From Candidatus Aphodomonas merdavium (lineage in GTDB: Bacteria > Bacillota > Clostridia > Christensenellales > Aristaeellaceae), in NCBI GenBank assembly GCA_018715585.1, contig DVLH01000021.1:1-31293 (forward strand): a DNA stretch of 31,293 nucleotides, read 5' to 3'. The position numbers were made by a program, and so were the translations under genes. The stretch's first letter is position 1, and the number at the start of each line of letters is the position of its first letter. This document shows positions 28,839-31,293 of this stretch, in pieces. The notes under the pieces were generated by a model. It worked only from the letters and a program-made list of their open reading frames with translations, searched no databases and was not told the origin of the DNA.

Positions 28839-29303
28839 TTATTCCTTCCCCACGTCCACCCACGCCTTGGCGCGGGCGGCGCGAAAAAGTTCCTCGCACG
28901 TCATTTCCACGGCGCTGTTGGCGCTGCCCGCGGCGGGGAATACCGTTTCAAAGCGCTTCATGGATTCGTCCAGATATACCGGCACCGTCTCCGGCAGCGC
29001 AAAGGGGCACACGCCTCCCACCGCGTGGCCCGTCAGCCGCAGCGCGTCCTGCGGCGCGAGCATGACCGCCTTCATGCCGAAACGGTCCTTAAACTTGCGG
29101 TTGTCCACGCGCCGGTCGCCCGCCATGACGATCAGCAGGCAGCCCTCCCCCGCGCGGAAGGAGAGCGTCTTTGCAATGCGCGCGCTCTCCACGCCCACGG
29201 CCTGCGCCGCCAGCTCCACCGTGGCGCTGGAGACGGCAAACTCGCGCACGCGCTCTCCCAGGCCGAAACCGTCCAAATATGCCTTCACCGTTTCAACCGA
29301 CAT
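28839..29303 (-). CDS. YbaK/EbsC family aminoacyl-tRNA deacylase, 154 aa (start MSVETV at 29303)
   Basis: SSATVELAAQAVG, IAKTLSF, TGHAVGGVCPF, VFPAAGSANS. Confidence 0.92.
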   Translation of the reverse strand: MSVETVKAYLDGFGLGERVREFAVSSATVELAAQAVGVESARIAKTLSFRAGEGCLLIVMAGDRRVDNRKFKDRFGMKAVMLAPQDALRLTGHAVGGVCPFALPETVPVYLDESMKRFETVFPAAGSANSAVEMTCEELFRAARAKAWVDVGKE

Positions 29304-29370
29304 GGTAAAAAAGCCCTCTTTCCTCGCTTTGGGCAGGAAGCGGGCCGCCGCCCGCATCCCGCGCAAGGAC

Positions 29371-29399
29371 ATGGTAGTAGAAAACGGCAAGCCTGTCAA
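29371..29399 (-). promoter_or_regulatory. SigA promoter of ybaK-GT2-GT2-like
   Basis: TTGACA (29399-29394), 17 nt, TACCAT (29376-29371). Confidence 0.72.
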
Positions 29400-29412
29400 G
29401 CGCGCAAAAGAT

Positions 29413-29441
29413 TTGACAAGCAAATGCGCGCATGCTATAAT
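29413..29441 (+). promoter_or_regulatory. SigA promoter of the valS T-box leader
   Basis: TTGACA (29413-29418), 17 nt, TATAAT (29436-29441) with extended TG. Confidence 0.92.
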
Positions 29442-29464
29442 GCCTTCAATTCAATAAACGCAAA

Positions 29465-29712
29465 GACGATGACGAAGAGGGCCTATGCGTTTCGCCTCAG
29501 AGAAGCGGCGGTCGGTGCAAGCCGCTGGCAGGGCGCAGGTGGCCGGTCGCTTCCGAGTTGGAGAGCAGAAAGCTGCGGCAAGTAGAGCCTCCCGTGACGC
29601 TGCGTAAAGGCAAAGGGTTTGTCAGAACCCGCAAGCGGCGCATCGCATGCGCAAATTGAGTGGTACCGCGGACATCCGTTCGTCTCAAGTTTTCTTGAGG
29701 CGTTCTTTTTTT
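29465..29712 (+). ncRNA. T-box riboswitch, Val specifier (probably GUC)
   Basis: GACGATGA start, CAGAGAAG (29498-29505), GGTGCAAG, GTC at 29546-29548 above the GAAG/CTTC helix; antiterminator TTGAG-TGGTACC-GCG...CGT-CTCAA; terminator 29681-29702 plus T run. Confidence 0.92.
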
Positions 29713-29761
29713 CACGGGGCGCGGCACGAGGGCATCAAACCAGAAAAGGAAGGATACCGCC

Positions 29762-31293
29762 ATGAAGAACGAACTGCCAAAGCAATACAAACCGCAGCTG
29801 TTTGAAAGCGAAATGTACCGCGAATGGGAAGAGAAAGGCTATTTCATCGCCCACCGCGACCCGGAGAAAAAGCCCTTCACCATCGTCATGCCGCCCCCCA
29901 ACATCACCGGCCAGCTGCACATGGGCCACGCCATGGACGGCACCATGCAGGACGTGCTCATCCGCTACCACCGCATGAAGGGCGAAGCGGCGCTCTGGCT
30001 GCCGGGAACGGACCATGCCTCCATCGCCACGGAAGTAAAAATCCTCGAAGCGATGGCCAAGGAAGGCGTCACCAAAGAACAGCTTGGGCGCGAAGGGTTC
30101 CTCAAGCGGGCATGGGCGTGGAAAGAAAAATACGGCGGCCGGATCGTGCGGCAGCTGCGCCGGCTCGGCGCCAGCTGCGACTGGAGCCGCGAACGCTTCA
30201 CGATGGACGAAGGCTGTTCGCGCGCGGTGCGCGAGGCGTTTGTGCGCCTCTATGAAAAAGGGCTCATCTACCGCGGCAACCGCCTGGTCAACTGGTGCCC
30301 CTGCTGCAACACGCCCATTTCCGACGCAGAGGTGGAATACCAGGAGCAGCAGAGCTTTTTCTGGCATTTGCTCTATCCCGTCAAGGAGACGGGCGAGATG
30401 CTCGAGCTGGCCACCACGCGCCCGGAGACGATGCTGGGCGATACGGCCGTGGCCATCAACGGCGCGGACCCGCGCTATGCCCACCTGCACGGCTGCCACG
30501 TCATCCTACCGCTGCTTAACAAGGAAATCCCCATCGTCCTGGACGAGCATGCCGATATGACAAAGGGCACGGGCGCCGTCAAAATCACGCCCGCGCACGA
30601 CCCCAACGACTTTGAGGTGGGCCAGCGCCATCACCTGCCCATCGTGCGCGTGCTCACCTACGACGGGCATATGACCGGGCCCGCCGACAAGGCGGCCGCG
30701 GACGCCCTCTTTGCCTCCGGCCGCGCCACGGTGAACGAACCCGAGGTGCTCGATTGCGGCAAATATGCCGGCATGACGTCCATGCAGGCGCGCAAAGCTA
30801 TCGTCGAGGACCTCAAGGCCGGCGGCTACCTCAAGGAGATCGAGCCGCACGCCCACGAGGTCGGCACGTGCTACCGCTGCCACACCACGGTGGAGCCGAT
30901 GGTTTCCAAGCAATGGTTCGTCAAGATGGAGCCGCTGGCCAAACCGGCCATCGAAGCGGTGAAAAAAGGCGAGACGAAATTCGTGCCGGAGCGCTTCAGT
31001 AAAAACTACATGAACTGGATGGAGAACATCCGCGATTGGTGCATCAGCCGCCAGCTGTGGTGGGGCCACCGCATCCCGGCGTACTACTGCGACGCCTGCG
31101 GCGAGATGACCGTCTCGCGCGAGGCGGTGGAAAAATGCCCGCACTGCGGAGGGCCCGTCCATCAGGACGAAGACGTGCTGGACACGTGGTTCTCTTCGGC
31201 GCTGTGGCCGTTCTCGACGCTGGGCTGGCCGGATCAGACGGAAGATCTCCAATACTTCTACCCTACGGATATCCTCGTGACGGGATGGGATAT
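29762..31293 (+). CDS. valS: Valine--tRNA ligase, N-terminal part (runs off the window; not in the ORF track)
   Basis: ATG 29762: MKNELPKQY..., [54 protein letters not shown]. Confidence 0.98.
   Translation, partial: MKNELPKQYKPQLFESEMYREWEEKGYFIAHRDPEKKPFTIVMPPPNITGQLHMGHAMDGTMQDVLIRYHRMKGEAALWLPGTDHASIATEVKILEAMAKEGVTKEQLGREGFLKRAWAWKEKYGGRIVRQLRRLGASCDWSRERFTMDEGCSRAVREAFVRLYEKGLIYRGNRLVNWCPCCNTPISDAEVEYQEQQSFFWHLLYPVKETGEMLELATTRPETMLGDTAVAINGADPRYAHLHGCHVILPLLNKEIPIVLDEHADMTKGTGAVKITPAHDPNDFEVGQRHHLPIVRVLTYDGHMTGPADKAAADALFASGRATVNEPEVLDCGKYAGMTSMQARKAIVEDLKAGGYLKEIEPHAHEVGTCYRCHTTVEPMVSKQWFVKMEPLAKPAIEAVKKGETKFVPERFSKNYMNWMENIRDWCISRQLWWGHRIPAYYCDACGEMTVSREAVEKCPHCGGPVHQDEDVLDTWFSSALWPFSTLGWPDQTEDLQYFYPTDILVTGWD

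Noticed and set aside
28833-28841. ybaK stop in frame with the GT2 start (TAA-GCT-ATG), suggesting read-through or fusion
   Set aside because: TAA is an efficient stop, the GT2 has its own RBS-like sequence, and there is no functional reason for a fusion

Overview
Core chromosomal segment of a high-GC Clostridia-type Firmicute (possibly Christensenellales-like; inference from protein style only). No mobile element, CRISPR array, rRNA or tRNA was seen. Gene order: groES (3' end)-groEL, orphan NitT/TauT-like binding protein, rpmB; convergent minus-strand block [Tyr T-box]-aminotransferase-tyrS-yigZ-CoA-disulfide reductase/rhodanese-66-aa membrane protein-26-aa SpoVM-like peptide; second CDP-alcohol phosphatidyltransferase; fba plus an exported 8-repeat beta-propeller; five-gene operon pepV-ArsC-like-exported TPR-two paralogous exported proteins ending in a TcdC-like OB fold; Trm11-like methyltransferase divergent from ykuS; murG; prs; rimO-pgsA-cinA-recA with a LexA-type box at the rimO promoter; ybaK-GT2-degenerate GT2; divergent [Val T-box]-valS (truncated by the window end). 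Most notable: the SpoVM-like peptide missed by the ORF track with its small membrane partner gene, the exported TcdC-like OB-fold operon, the Tyr T-box-led aminotransferase, the SOS box 3.2 kb upstream of recA, and the intact but probably inactive GT2 paralog. All family calls come from motif recognition by eye; no database search was run.
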